A DNA stretch of 32,000 nt, taken from positions 780,001 to 812,000 of the forward strand of contig LT962688.1 of assembly GCA_900234795.1 (NCBI GenBank), written 5' to 3'. This DNA comes from Methylorubrum extorquens. GTDB lineage: Bacteria > Pseudomonadota > Alphaproteobacteria > Rhizobiales > Beijerinckiaceae. Shown in pieces: positions 18,470 to 28,100 of the stretch. Within the stretch, counting starts at the first letter, position 1. Every line of letters starts with the position of its first letter. The position numbers and the translations under genes are program-made. The notes beneath the pieces were generated by a model, which searched no databases, was not told where the DNA came from, and saw only the letters and a list, made by a program, of their open reading frames with translations.

Positions 18470-19312
18470 ATGACCGCCCGCATCGATGCCGCCTTCGCCC
18501 GCTGCCGCGCGGAAGGACGTGCCGCCCTCGTCACCTACGTGATGGCGGGCGATCCCGATCCGGAGACCTCGCTCAAGGTGCTCGAAGCCCTACCGAAGGC
18601 GGGGGCCGACATCGTCGAGTTCGGCCTGCCCTTCACCGATCCCATGGCCGACGGGCCGGCGATCCAAGCCGCGGGTCTGCGGGCACTGAAGGCGGGCCAG
18701 GATCTGCGCGGCACCCTCGCCCTCGTCCGCCGCTTCCGCGAGGGCGACGACCGGACGCCCGTGGTTCTGATGGGCTACTACAACCCGATCCATACCTACG
18801 GCGTGCCCCACTTCCTGGAGGATGCGCAGGCGGCCGGCATCGACGGTCTGATCGTGGTCGATCTGCCGCCGGAGGAGGACGAGGAGCTCTGCCTCCCGGC
18901 GCTCGCGAAGGGGCTCGCCTTCATCCGCCTCGCGACCCCGACCACGGACGAGGCCCGCCTGCCGGCGGTTCTCGCGAACACCGCGGGCTTCGTCTACTAC
19001 GTGTCGATCACCGGCGTGACCGGCACGGCGACCCCCGATTTCGGCCGGGTGTCGCAGGCGGTCAGCCGGATCACGGCGCATACGAACCTGCCCGTCGTCG
19101 TCGGCTTCGGCGTGAAGACCGGCGCGCACGCCGCCGAGATCGCCCGCGGCGCCGACGGCGTCGTGGTGGGCTCGGCCCTCGTCGATGCCCTGGCCCGCAG
19201 CCTCGAGCCCGGCGACCGGGCCGGGAGCGGTACGGTCGGGGCGGTCACCTCCCTGGTGCGCGAGCTGGCGCAGGGGGTCCGCAGCACCGCCAAGGCGCCG
19301 GCCGGGGCCTGA
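18470..19312 (+). CDS. trpA: Tryptophan synthase alpha chain.
   Basis: Track ORF 18425..19312. Start at ATG 18470 ([30 protein letters not shown]). Contains [20 protein letters not shown] and [13 protein letters not shown]. Confidence 0.92.
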   Translation: MTARIDAAFARCRAEGRAALVTYVMAGDPDPETSLKVLEALPKAGADIVEFGLPFTDPMADGPAIQAAGLRALKAGQDLRGTLALVRRFREGDDRTPVVLMGYYNPIHTYGVPHFLEDAQAAGIDGLIVVDLPPEEDEELCLPALAKGLAFIRLATPTTDEARLPAVLANTAGFVYYVSITGVTGTATPDFGRVSQAVSRITAHTNLPVVVGFGVKTGAHAAEIARGADGVVVGSALVDALARSLEPGDRAGSGTVGAVTSLVRELAQGVRSTAKAPAGA

Positions 19313-19434
19313 CCGCAGCCGCTCAGCAGGGAGATCCCCTGGGATCGAGGCGGCGGCGATCCGATATCGATGTGGCAAGGGAACGCGGCAAGTGAACGCG
19401 CTGGGACAGGGAGTCTGACGCCATGGTCGAGCCG

Positions 19435-20346
19435 ATGAACTGGATCTCGGAGGTCGTACGGCCCCGGATCAAGACGCTGTTCAAGCGCGAGACGCCGGAG
19501 AACCTCTGGGTCAAGTGCCCCGACACGGGCCAGATGGTCTTCCATAAGGAAGTCGAGCAGAACCACTGGGTCATTCCCGGCTCCGAACACCATCTCAAGA
19601 TGTCGGCCACGGCGCGTCTCAAGATGATGTTCGACGAGGGCACCTGGATCGACGTGCCGCTGCCCGAGGTGCCGGCCGACCCGCTCAAGTTCCGCGACGA
19701 GAAGCGCTACGTCGACCGTCTCAAGGAGGCACGGGCCAAGACCGGGATGCCCGACGCGTTCAAGATCGGATTCGGCCGGGTCGGCAGCCTGCCGATGACG
19801 ATCGCAGCGCAGGAATTCGGCTTCATGGCCGGCTCCCTCGGCATGGCCGGCGGCGAGGCCTTCGTCCGCGGCGCCGAGACCGCGCTCGAGAAGCGCACCC
19901 CCTACGTGCTGTTCGCGGCCTCCGGCGGCGCGCGGATGCAGGAGGGGATCCTCTCGCTTATGCAGATGCCCCGCACCACGGTCGCCGTGCGCCGGCTTCG
20001 GGCCGCGCGGCTGCCCTACATCGTGGTGCTGACGAACCCGACCACCGGCGGCGTCACCGCCTCCTACGCTATGCTCGGCGACGTGCATCTGGCCGAGCCC
20101 GGCGCGCTGATCTGCTTTGCCGGCCCGCGCGTCATCGAGCAGACCATCCGCGAGAAGCTGCCCGACGGCTTCCAGCGGGCGGAGTATCTGCGCGAGCACG
20201 GCATGGTCGATCAGGTCGTCCACCGGCATCAGCTCAAAGAGACGATCAGCCGGCTCTGCGGCTTGCTGATGGACGTGTGCCGGACGCCCCAACCCGGTAC
20301 CGCCCCCGAGCCGACCACCCCCGAACCCCTGCCGAACGCGGCCTGA
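19435..20346 (+). CDS. accD: Acetyl-CoA carboxylase carboxyltransferase beta subunit.
   Basis: Track ORF 19423..20346. Contains [37 protein letters not shown] and [16 protein letters not shown]. Start at 19435 (MNWI) or 19423 (MVEPMNWI). Confidence 0.92.
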   Translation: MNWISEVVRPRIKTLFKRETPENLWVKCPDTGQMVFHKEVEQNHWVIPGSEHHLKMSATARLKMMFDEGTWIDVPLPEVPADPLKFRDEKRYVDRLKEARAKTGMPDAFKIGFGRVGSLPMTIAAQEFGFMAGSLGMAGGEAFVRGAETALEKRTPYVLFAASGGARMQEGILSLMQMPRTTVAVRRLRAARLPYIVVLTNPTTGGVTASYAMLGDVHLAEPGALICFAGPRVIEQTIREKLPDGFQRAEYLREHGMVDQVVHRHQLKETISRLCGLLMDVCRTPQPGTAPEPTTPEPLPNAA

Positions 20347-20378
20347 ACTCAATCCGCGACAGAAGGTCTCCGCGCGAG

Positions 20379-21704
20379 ATGGAATCCTCCGACGCGTTGA
20401 TGGCGCGCTTCCTCGCCCTGCATCCGCGCACGATCGACCTGTCGCTCGGGCGCATCCAGCGCCTGCTCGCGGCCCTGAATCATCCCGAGCGGCGGCTGCC
20501 GCCGGTGATTCATGTCGCCGGCACCAACGGCAAGGGCTCGACCATCGCCTTCATGCGGGCAATCCTGGAGGCGGGGGGCTTGGCTGCCCACGTCTACACC
20601 TCGCCCCACCTCGTGCGCTTCCATGAGCGCATCCGCTTAGGGGGCATCGGCGGCGGTCACTACGTCGCCGAAGACCGGCTCGCCGACGCCTTCGCCCGCT
20701 GCGAGGCGGCCAACAAGGGCGATCCGATCACCGTGTTCGAGATCACCACCGCGGCCGCCCTGCTTCTGTTCTCCGAATGCCCCGCCGACGTGCTGCTGCT
20801 GGAAGTCGGCCTCGGCGGCCGGGTCGATGCCACCAACGTCATCGACCACCCGGCCTGCGCCGTGGTCACCCCGATCGGGCGCGACCATGCCGAATATCTC
20901 GGCGATACCGTCGAGGCGGTGGCGATGGAGAAGGCCGGCATCTTCAAGCGCGGCTGCCCGGCGGTGATCGCCGCCCAGGATTATGCCGGGGCCGATGCCG
21001 TCCTCTGCCGCCAGGCCGAGCGGATCGGCGCGGTGCCGGTGCGGATCGGCAACCAGGACTTCTCCGTGCACGAGGAGAGCGGGCGCTTCGTCTACCAGGA
21101 CGAGATCGACCTGTTCGATCTGCCCCGGCCCCGCCTCGCCGGGCGCCACCAGCTCACCAATGCCGGCACTGCCATCGCGGCCCTGCGCGCGGCGGGCTTC
21201 GGCGATATCGGCACGGTCGCCCTCGAAGCCGGCCTGCGCAACGTCGATTGGCCGGGCCGGCTCCAGCGCCTCGTGCGCGGGGCGCTCGCCGAGCGGATGC
21301 CCAAGGACGCCGAGCTGTGGCTCGACGGCGGCCACAACGCCGATGGCGGGCGCATCCTCGCCGCCGCCATGGCCGATCTGGGCGAGCGCAGCGACGTGCC
21401 GCTGGTCCTGATCGTCGGGCTGCTCGGCACCAAGGATGCCGAAGGCTTCCTGAAGAACTTCGTCGGCCTTGCCCGCTCGCTGGTAGCGGTGCCGATCACC
21501 GGTCAGATGGCCGCGCGGCCCGCCGAGGAAGTGGCGGAAATCGCCCGTGAGGTCGGTCTCTCGGCCGAGGTCGCTCCGAGCGTCGAGGCGGCGTTGGCGG
21601 CCCTGTCGGACACGGTCTTCGAGCGCCCGCCGCGGGTCCTCATCTGCGGTTCGCTTTATCTCGCGGGCGCCGTGCTCGAAGCCAATGGCACGATCCCGGT
21701 CTGA
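20379..21704 (+). CDS. folC: Bifunctional folylpolyglutamate synthase / dihydrofolate synthase.
   Basis: Track ORF 20277..21704. Internal ATG at 20379 (MESSDALMARFLALHP). P-loop HVAGTNGKGST, then HLVRFHERI and LEVGLGGRVDATNV. Confidence 0.9.
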   Translation: MESSDALMARFLALHPRTIDLSLGRIQRLLAALNHPERRLPPVIHVAGTNGKGSTIAFMRAILEAGGLAAHVYTSPHLVRFHERIRLGGIGGGHYVAEDRLADAFARCEAANKGDPITVFEITTAAALLLFSECPADVLLLEVGLGGRVDATNVIDHPACAVVTPIGRDHAEYLGDTVEAVAMEKAGIFKRGCPAVIAAQDYAGADAVLCRQAERIGAVPVRIGNQDFSVHEESGRFVYQDEIDLFDLPRPRLAGRHQLTNAGTAIAALRAAGFGDIGTVALEAGLRNVDWPGRLQRLVRGALAERMPKDAELWLDGGHNADGGRILAAAMADLGERSDVPLVLIVGLLGTKDAEGFLKNFVGLARSLVAVPITGQMAARPAEEVAEIAREVGLSAEVAPSVEAALAALSDTVFERPPRVLICGSLYLAGAVLEANGTIPV

Positions 21705-22092
21705 CGGCGTCCGCCGGATCGAAGCGGACATGCGACGGGCGCGGCGCGAGGGCCGGAGAATCGCGCCGCAAGGCCATCGCTGGGCAAACCACACGAGCCG
21801 GAAGCGATTCGCGCATCACGCCGGGCGGCAAAAGACCTTCATCGACCTTCCATCGTCCGACCCGTGTCCTGTCGAATCATGCAACCGACGCGATGGTGTC
21901 TGCGCGCCGTCCCGTCGATCGGCGCATCCTGATCGCCTGATTTACGCAAAACTGGTTTCGGCCTCCCAGCGCACCGGATGTAACCGCTCGGCGGGTCGAT
22001 TGTGGCCCCCCGGGTGTGGCCTGTTCGCTACATCTCAGGCCAGGGAAATGGTCTAGCTTGTGGGCGATCGGGTTTCTGCTGGGGATCAACAA

Positions 22093-22959
22093 GTGAAAAA
22101 GCTTCTCACCTCTCTCGCCGCCTTCACGGCGCTGACCGCGGCGGCCTCCGCCGCCGACCTGCCGCGCCGCGCTGCTCCGCCGCCGGTCTTCACGCCCATC
22201 CCGGTGTTCACCTGGACCGGTTTCTACGCCGGTTTCAACGCTGGCTACGGCTTCGGCGTCGATGACAACGGTGCGGCTCCGGTCGTCGGCGTGAACAGCC
22301 TGACCGGCCTCGTGCGTCCCGGCCAGACCGCCGTCATCGCCTTCGGCGGCAACAGCCGCAGCGACGGCTTCGTCGGCGGTGGTCAGATCGGCTATAACTA
22401 CCAGTTCACCCCGGGCTCCGGCGTCGTGATCGGTATCGAGGCCGACGCTCAGTACGTCGATTTCGGCCGTGACCGGAACCGCTTCCTCGCGACCAGCCCG
22501 CTGGCCGCTCAGCAGGTGTTCAACCCGAACGGCCTGTCCAGCCTCGACTTCTTCGGCACCGTCCGCGGTCGCCTCGGCTACGCCTTCGACCGCGACCTGT
22601 TCTACGGCACCGGCGGCTTCGCCTACGGCGCCGGCGGCGGCCGTCAGTTCGGCACCGGCGTGTCGAGCAACGACTTCCAGACCGGCTGGGCCGCCGGTGG
22701 TGTCGAGTACGCTCTCCCGACCGACTCGTTCCTGAACTTCTTCCGCTCTTCGGCCGTCACGCTGAAGGTCGAAGGTCTGTACGTGAACCTCGATCGCGGC
22801 GGCGGTGCCCTCAACGGCGCCTTCGCGGTGAACAATGCCGGCGCCGTCATCGGCACGACCAGCCCGGGCGTGATCGTCGTTTCCGGCCCCTAGCGCCGCA
22901 ACGACACCGAGTTCGCCGTCGTCCGCGCCGGCCTGAACTACAAGTTCGGCAGCTACTAA
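22093..22959 (+). pseudogene. Omp25/Omp31-like outer-membrane beta-barrel protein interrupted by an in-frame TAG at 22891-22893.
   Basis: GTG 22093 (VKKLLTSLAAFTALTAAASA signal), preceded by gggga. Barrel-type repeats follow (FYAGFNAGYGFG, GGQIGYNYQF, GWAAGGVEYAL). The track ORF ends at 22893, but the same frame continues RRNDTEFAVVRAGLNYKFGSY-TAA (22894-22959). That is the canonical C-terminal beta-signal of this family. Confidence 0.8.
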
Positions 22960-22994
22960 GCCGAACCTTCAATAACAGGGTCTCGAAACCAGGG

Positions 22995-23026
22995 AGCCCG
23001 GCCGCAAGGCCGGGCTTCTTGCGTTT
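22995..23026 (+). terminator. Intrinsic terminator downstream of the porin gene.
   Basis: 9-bp stem agcccggcc (22995-23003) / ggccgggct (23008-23016), loop gcaa, followed by the T-rich tcttgcgttt. Confidence 0.7.
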
Positions 23027-23056
23027 CGGGGCCCGTCGCGAGCGAGGCAAGGCACG

Positions 23057-23084
23057 AAAAAAAGCCCGGCCTCGCGGCCGGGCT
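23057..23084 (-). terminator. Intrinsic terminator downstream of trxA.
   Basis: Stem agcccggcc (23063-23071) / ggccgggct (23076-23084), loop tcgc. It is preceded on the + strand by aaaaaaa (23057-23063), which is a U-tract on the minus strand. It lies 34 nt past the trxA stop. Confidence 0.78.
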
Positions 23085-23117
23085 GTCTCGGGTCGTTCGG
23101 CCCGAATTCGGGTCGGG

Positions 23118-23438
23118 TCAGGCGCTCGCCTGGATCCAGCGCGAGAGATCGCCCTTGGGGGCGGCGCCGACCTTCTGGCTGGCGAGCTTGCCGTCCTTGA
23201 AGATCATCAGGGTCGGAATCGAGCGGATGCCGTAGGTCGAGGCGATGCCGGGGTTCTCATCGACATTGACCTTGACGATCTTCACCTTGCCCTGGAGATC
23301 GGCGGAGATCTCTTCCAGCGCCGGGCCGATCTGCCGGCAGGGGCCGCACCACTCCGCCCAAAAATCCACTACGACGGGCTCGGCGGACTGCAGAACGTCC
23401 TGCTCGAAGCTCGCATCGGTCACTTTCAGGGTCGCCAT
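23118..23438 (-). CDS. trxA: Thioredoxin.
   Basis: Within track ORF 23118..23777. Internal ATG at 23438 gives a 106-aa protein [39 protein letters not shown]..., carrying the WCGPC active site. Confidence 0.95.
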   Translation of the reverse strand: MATLKVTDASFEQDVLQSAEPVVVDFWAEWCGPCRQIGPALEEISADLQGKVKIVKVNVDENPGIASTYGIRSIPTLMIFKDGKLASQKVGAAPKGDLSRWIQASA

Positions 23439-23789
23439 CGTAGGTCCTTTCGACACGCGGGTCCCACGCGGGTGCATGGAGGGCCCCTGCGCAGAGGGCA
23501 CCGAGAGCGGGTTCGGCGCCTCACGGTGAGGCGAGAATTGGCGACGCCCGACCGCGCGGTCAAGGCATCCCGCCCCGGCCGCGGGTCTGGCACGCCGAAC
23601 CCACATGGATAAGCCTGCCTTCGTCCCCGCAATCCCCCCGCAAGCGGCTTGCCGGCGGCCTTGTCCAGCACCTTGCCCCCGACGAACCACATGGCGAGTC
23701 CGTCTCCTCGCGCGGCCCAACCCTCGCCGTGGGCCACCTGCGCCCCATTTGGCGAGCAAGATCGGCGACCCGCACAAGGATCAATCGAC

Positions 23790-25076
23790 GTGACGCGCAC
23801 CCTTTCCCTCTTGCTCGCCACCGTTGCGGCCCTCGGCCTCGATGCCCCAGCCTTCGCTCAGCAACCGGCTGGACAGGAGTCGCGCTCGCCCCGCATCGAG
23901 GGTGAGTCCTTCCAGGCGCCGGCCGCGCCGAGTGCCGGCACATCGATCGCCGAGAAGGAAGCGCCGAACACCGAGTACAAGCCGCTCCTGCCCAACCAGA
24001 CCCGTGCGCCGGAGCCCGCGCAGAAGACCGAGTTCGAGACCGCCGTCGTGGCCAAGGGCCTGGAAAGCCCCTGGGCGATGGAGTTCCTGCCCGACGGCCG
24101 CATGATCGTGACCGAGAAGGCCGGCAAGATCCGCCTGATCGCTAAGGACGGCACGGTGGGCCAGCCGGTGGCGGGCGTGCCGAAGGTCGATTCGAAGGGG
24201 CAGGGCGGTCTTCTCGACGTCGCGCTGAGCCCGAGCTTCGCCGCGGATCGCACGATCTACTTCAGCTACAGCGAGCCGCGCGACAAGGGCAACGGCACCA
24301 CGGTCGCCAAGGCCAAGCTGGTCGAGAGCGACGGCAAGGCCAAGCTCGACGACGTCAAGGTCATCTTCCGCCAGATGCCGACCTATGACGGCGACAAGCA
24401 TTTCGGCTCGCGCCTCGTCTTCGCGCCGGACGGCAAGCTGTTCGTCACCGTGGGCGAGCGCTCCGACAAGCAGACCCGCGGGCAGGCGCAGGATCTGACG
24501 AGCGGGCTCGGCAAGGTCTTCCGCATCGACACCGACGGCAACGCCCCGAAGGACAACCCCTTCACCGGCGGCGAGAAAGCCAAGCCCGAGATCTGGTCCT
24601 ACGGCCACCGCAACGTCCAGGCCGCCGCCCTGGACAACCAGGGCCGTCTCTGGACCGTGGAGCACGGGCCGCGCGGCGGCGACGAGCTGAACCGCCCGCG
24701 CCCCGGCCTCAACTACGGCTGGCCGGTGGTCACCTACGGCATCGAGTATTCCGGCGAGAAGATCGGCGACGGCCAGACCCAGGCCGGCGGTACGGTGCAG
24801 CCGGTCTATTACTGGGATCCGGTGATCGGCCCCTCGGGCATGGCGCTCTACGACAAGGACGCATTCCCGGCCTGGAAGAACCAGTTCCTTATCGGCGGCC
24901 TCGTCAGCACCGGGATCGTCGCGCTCAAGCTCGACGGCGACAAGGTCGTGACCGAGGAGCGCATCCCACTTGAACACCGCGTCCGCGACGTGCGGGTCGG
25001 CCCCGACGGCGCCGTCTACGCGGTGACCGAGGATGACGGCCAGATCGTCAAGCTGACGCCGAAGAAGGGCAGCTGA
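23790..25076 (+). CDS. PQQ-dependent (soluble) sugar/aldose dehydrogenase family protein, secreted.
   Basis: Track ORF 23649..25076. GTG 23790 (VTRTLSLLLATVAALGLDAPAFAQ signal), preceded by aagga. Contains LESPWAMEFLPDGRMIVTEKAGKIRL, GQGGLLDVALSP, HFGSRLVFAPDG and GHRNVQAAALD. Confidence 0.85.
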   Translation: MTRTLSLLLATVAALGLDAPAFAQQPAGQESRSPRIEGESFQAPAAPSAGTSIAEKEAPNTEYKPLLPNQTRAPEPAQKTEFETAVVAKGLESPWAMEFLPDGRMIVTEKAGKIRLIAKDGTVGQPVAGVPKVDSKGQGGLLDVALSPSFAADRTIYFSYSEPRDKGNGTTVAKAKLVESDGKAKLDDVKVIFRQMPTYDGDKHFGSRLVFAPDGKLFVTVGERSDKQTRGQAQDLTSGLGKVFRIDTDGNAPKDNPFTGGEKAKPEIWSYGHRNVQAAALDNQGRLWTVEHGPRGGDELNRPRPGLNYGWPVVTYGIEYSGEKIGDGQTQAGGTVQPVYYWDPVIGPSGMALYDKDAFPAWKNQFLIGGLVSTGIVALKLDGDKVVTEERIPLEHRVRDVRVGPDGAVYAVTEDDGQIVKLTPKKGS

Positions 25077-25103
25077 GGAAGACGGAACGGGTCTCGCCGA
25101 GGC

Positions 25104-25132
25104 TCCCTCTCCCCGCTGTGCGGGGAGAGGGA
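25104..25132. terminator. GC-rich hairpin (12-bp stem, 5-nt loop) between convergent genes; a possible bidirectional terminator or REP-like element.
   Basis: 25104-25115 tccctctccccg pairs perfectly with 25121-25132 cggggagaggga. There is no U-tract on either side, so terminator function is uncertain. Confidence 0.4.
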
Positions 25133-25168
25133 ATGTGCGTCTCATGGTGCACGATCATCGGGCAAGGC

Positions 25169-28100
25169 TCATTGTCCGAGCAGAGCCCCCTCCACCCGCC
25201 GCACCACCGGGCCCGAGGTCCAGACCAGCAACGCCACGATTGCGTGTTCGGGCCAGATCGCGGCGGCGAGCCGCGCGTAGAGGCTGACCTGGGCCGCCTC
25301 GCGCTCCGGTAGGGGCGCGTCGTCCGCGGGCGGGCGGCCGGTCTTGAAGTCGCAGAGGATCACCCGGCCGTCCTCGACGACGAGCCGGTCGATCCGGCCG
25401 GTGACGTCGCGCTCGATCCCCTCGACGACGATCCGGCCCGAGAGCGCCACCTCGGCACGGGCTTGGTCTGAGAACAGCGGCGCGAGGTCCGGCGCCTCGA
25501 TCAGCCGTAGAACCGCGCGGACGAGATCCCTGCGCTTGGCCTCCTCCAGAGTGGGCGCGCGGGCACGGGCGAAGCGGTCGGCGGCTTCGGCCCGCCGGGC
25601 CGGCTCGATCCGCGGCAGGTGTTCGAGAAGCGCGTGGACCAGGGCGCCGCGGCGGCGGGCCTCGGCATCACCGAGGCGCCGACGGGGCTGGCGCTGCCCG
25701 TCCGCCGCACCGAGCGCGCCCGAGGGGCTCAGCGGCGGTGCGGCCTCAGCCTCGGGTGCGGCGGCCGAGAACAGCCAGTCCGGCACCGTCTCGGGTTCCG
25801 GCGGGGCTGTGTCCGCCACGGCGGCGGCGAGCGAGGCGGTCGAGCCGTCGCGCCAGATCGTGATCGGCCCGTGATCGGTCTCGACCGCTTCACCGTCCCC
25901 CAGCCCCCGCTCCAGGCCGATGCGGACCATCTCGCACCACGAGGCCGGCGTCTCCCGGGTCGCGCCGCGATAGGGCGCGATGACGAGGTGGTCGGCGGCC
26001 CGGGTCATGGCGACGTAGAGCAGGCGGTTATGCTCCTCGCGCGCCCGCGCCTGGAGGGCGGAGCGGGCAGCCAGCGTCGCCGCGCAATCCTGCGTGCGCC
26101 CGCCGGTCCAGACCGGCGGCAGCGGCCCGTCGGCGGTGGAATCGAGGCCCAGCAGCGGCGGGTCGTTGCGGCCGAGCGGCTCGCAGCCGTCGATGACGAC
26201 GACGACCGGCGCCTCCAGGCCCTTGGCGCCGTGAACCGTCATCACCCGGACCTCGTTGCGGCCCGATTCCAGATCGCGCTTGACCGAGAGGCCGCTTCGG
26301 CCGCGGCCCGGCCGGACGATGTAATCGGCGAGGAAGGCGTCGAGGCAGGGGGCGTCGCCCCCGTTCTCGGCGTCGGCGGCCTGGGCCAGGAACACGTCGA
26401 TGGCATCGCCCGCCTCGCCGCCGAGCCGCGCCACCAGCCGGCTGCGCCCGGCATGGGGGCCGAGCAGGGCGGCGTAGAAACCGAACGGGCCGTTCTCCGC
26501 CGCGAGCTGGATCCAGAGCCGCAGGGCCGTAAGGCCGCGGATCGCCGCCCCGTCGCCGGCTTGCGCGTGGCGGGTCAGTGCGTCTTCCAGCGTCTCGGCG
26601 AAGGGGCGGCGGGCGCAGATGCGGGTGAGGTCGTCGTCGGTGAGGCCGACGAGCGGGGTCTTGAGGGCGGTGGCGAGCGTCAGGTCGTCGGCGGGCAGCA
26701 GGCCGGCGCGGCCGACCGCGACGAGATCGAGAACGGCAATGTGGCCCGCGACCTCGAGCCGGTCCTGGCCCGCCACCGGCACGCCGAGCCCCTTCATCGC
26801 CCGGATCACCTCCTCGAAGGCCGCCGAGCGCTTGCGCACGAGGATCAGCACGTCGCCGGGGCGCCAGATCCGGCCGCAGGCATCGCCCTTCGTCGTCCAG
26901 GTCTTCACCGCGCGGGCGATGCGGCGGGCGACGACGATGGCCGGCGCGTTGGGCTCCGGCGCGTCGACCGGGGCGGCCCAGGCATCGGGCTCCTCGGCTT
27001 CCGCGGGCTCCTCGATGCCCCAGAGTTCGACCGCGCCGGGCACGCCGGCGCGGGCGGAGGCATGGACGGTGCCCGGCGCGCCCGCATCGAAGGAGAGGCC
27101 GGCGAAATGATCCGGCACGCCGAACACGGCATCGACCGCGGCGAGCACATGGCTCGCGGTGCGGAACGAGAGCCGCAGGCTGACATCGGCGAAGTCGTGC
27201 CCGGCGCCCTCCGCCGCCCGGCCCCAGGCCCGGCGGGTCAGCTCGAATTCCCGCGGGTCGGCGCCCTGGAAGCTGTAGATCGACTGCTTCGGATCACCCA
27301 CGGCGAAGCGGGTGCGGGTGAGGCCGCGCGCGCCTTCGCCCGCCGCGAATTCGGCGGTGAGCGTGCGCAGGATCTCCCATTGCTGCGGGTTGGTGTCCTG
27401 CGCCTCGTCAACGAGGACGTGATCGACGCCGCGGTCGAGCTTGTACAGAACCCAGGAGGCGCCGACCCGCGAGAGCAGGTCGAGGGTCTTGTGGATCAGG
27501 TCGTCGAAGTCGAGGGCGCCGAGACGCGTCTTCTGCGCCTCGACCCGGCGGTGGATCTCGGCGGCGAGCCGAAACAATCCCAGCGTCCGGGTGAGCGCGC
27601 GGGCGGCGCGTAGCGCGTCGAAAAGGGGGATCAGCCGGGCCTGCTCGTCGAGCAGCGCCTGCTTGATGTCCTCCGGTACCGCCTTGGTGCCGAAGGATTT
27701 GGCCGCGCGCGGCTCGTCCTTGTCGGTGAAGAAGACCGAGCGGTAGGGCGCCAGCGCCTTGCCGGCGCCGAGGGCCGCATGCGCCTCCACGAGCCCGTCG
27801 GCGAGTTTCTCGTCCGTCGCCTTGCCGGTGCGCAGCCGGCCCGCGATCTCGCGCCAGTCACCAAGGCTGCTGCCCTCCAGGATCTCGGCCTCGATGGTCT
27901 CGACGCTGGCGCCGTCCGGCAGCGCCAGGGCGCGCGGCAGGCGGGCGAGCGCCGGCTCCAGGGCGCGGTGGTCGGAGAACAGCGCCCGCGTCCGCATGGC
28001 CGAGCGGATCGCGTCACGCAGGGTATCGCCGGAGGCTTCCGCGCCGACCACGGCGAGCGCATCGGAGAGCGCTTGGTTGCCGCCGAGGATGGCGTCGGCG

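Noticed and set aside
22891-22893. TAG as pyrrolysine or another recoded codon.
   Set aside because: There are no pyl genes in the window and no precedent I know of in alphaproteobacteria. A nonsense mutation or base-call error is the simpler explanation.
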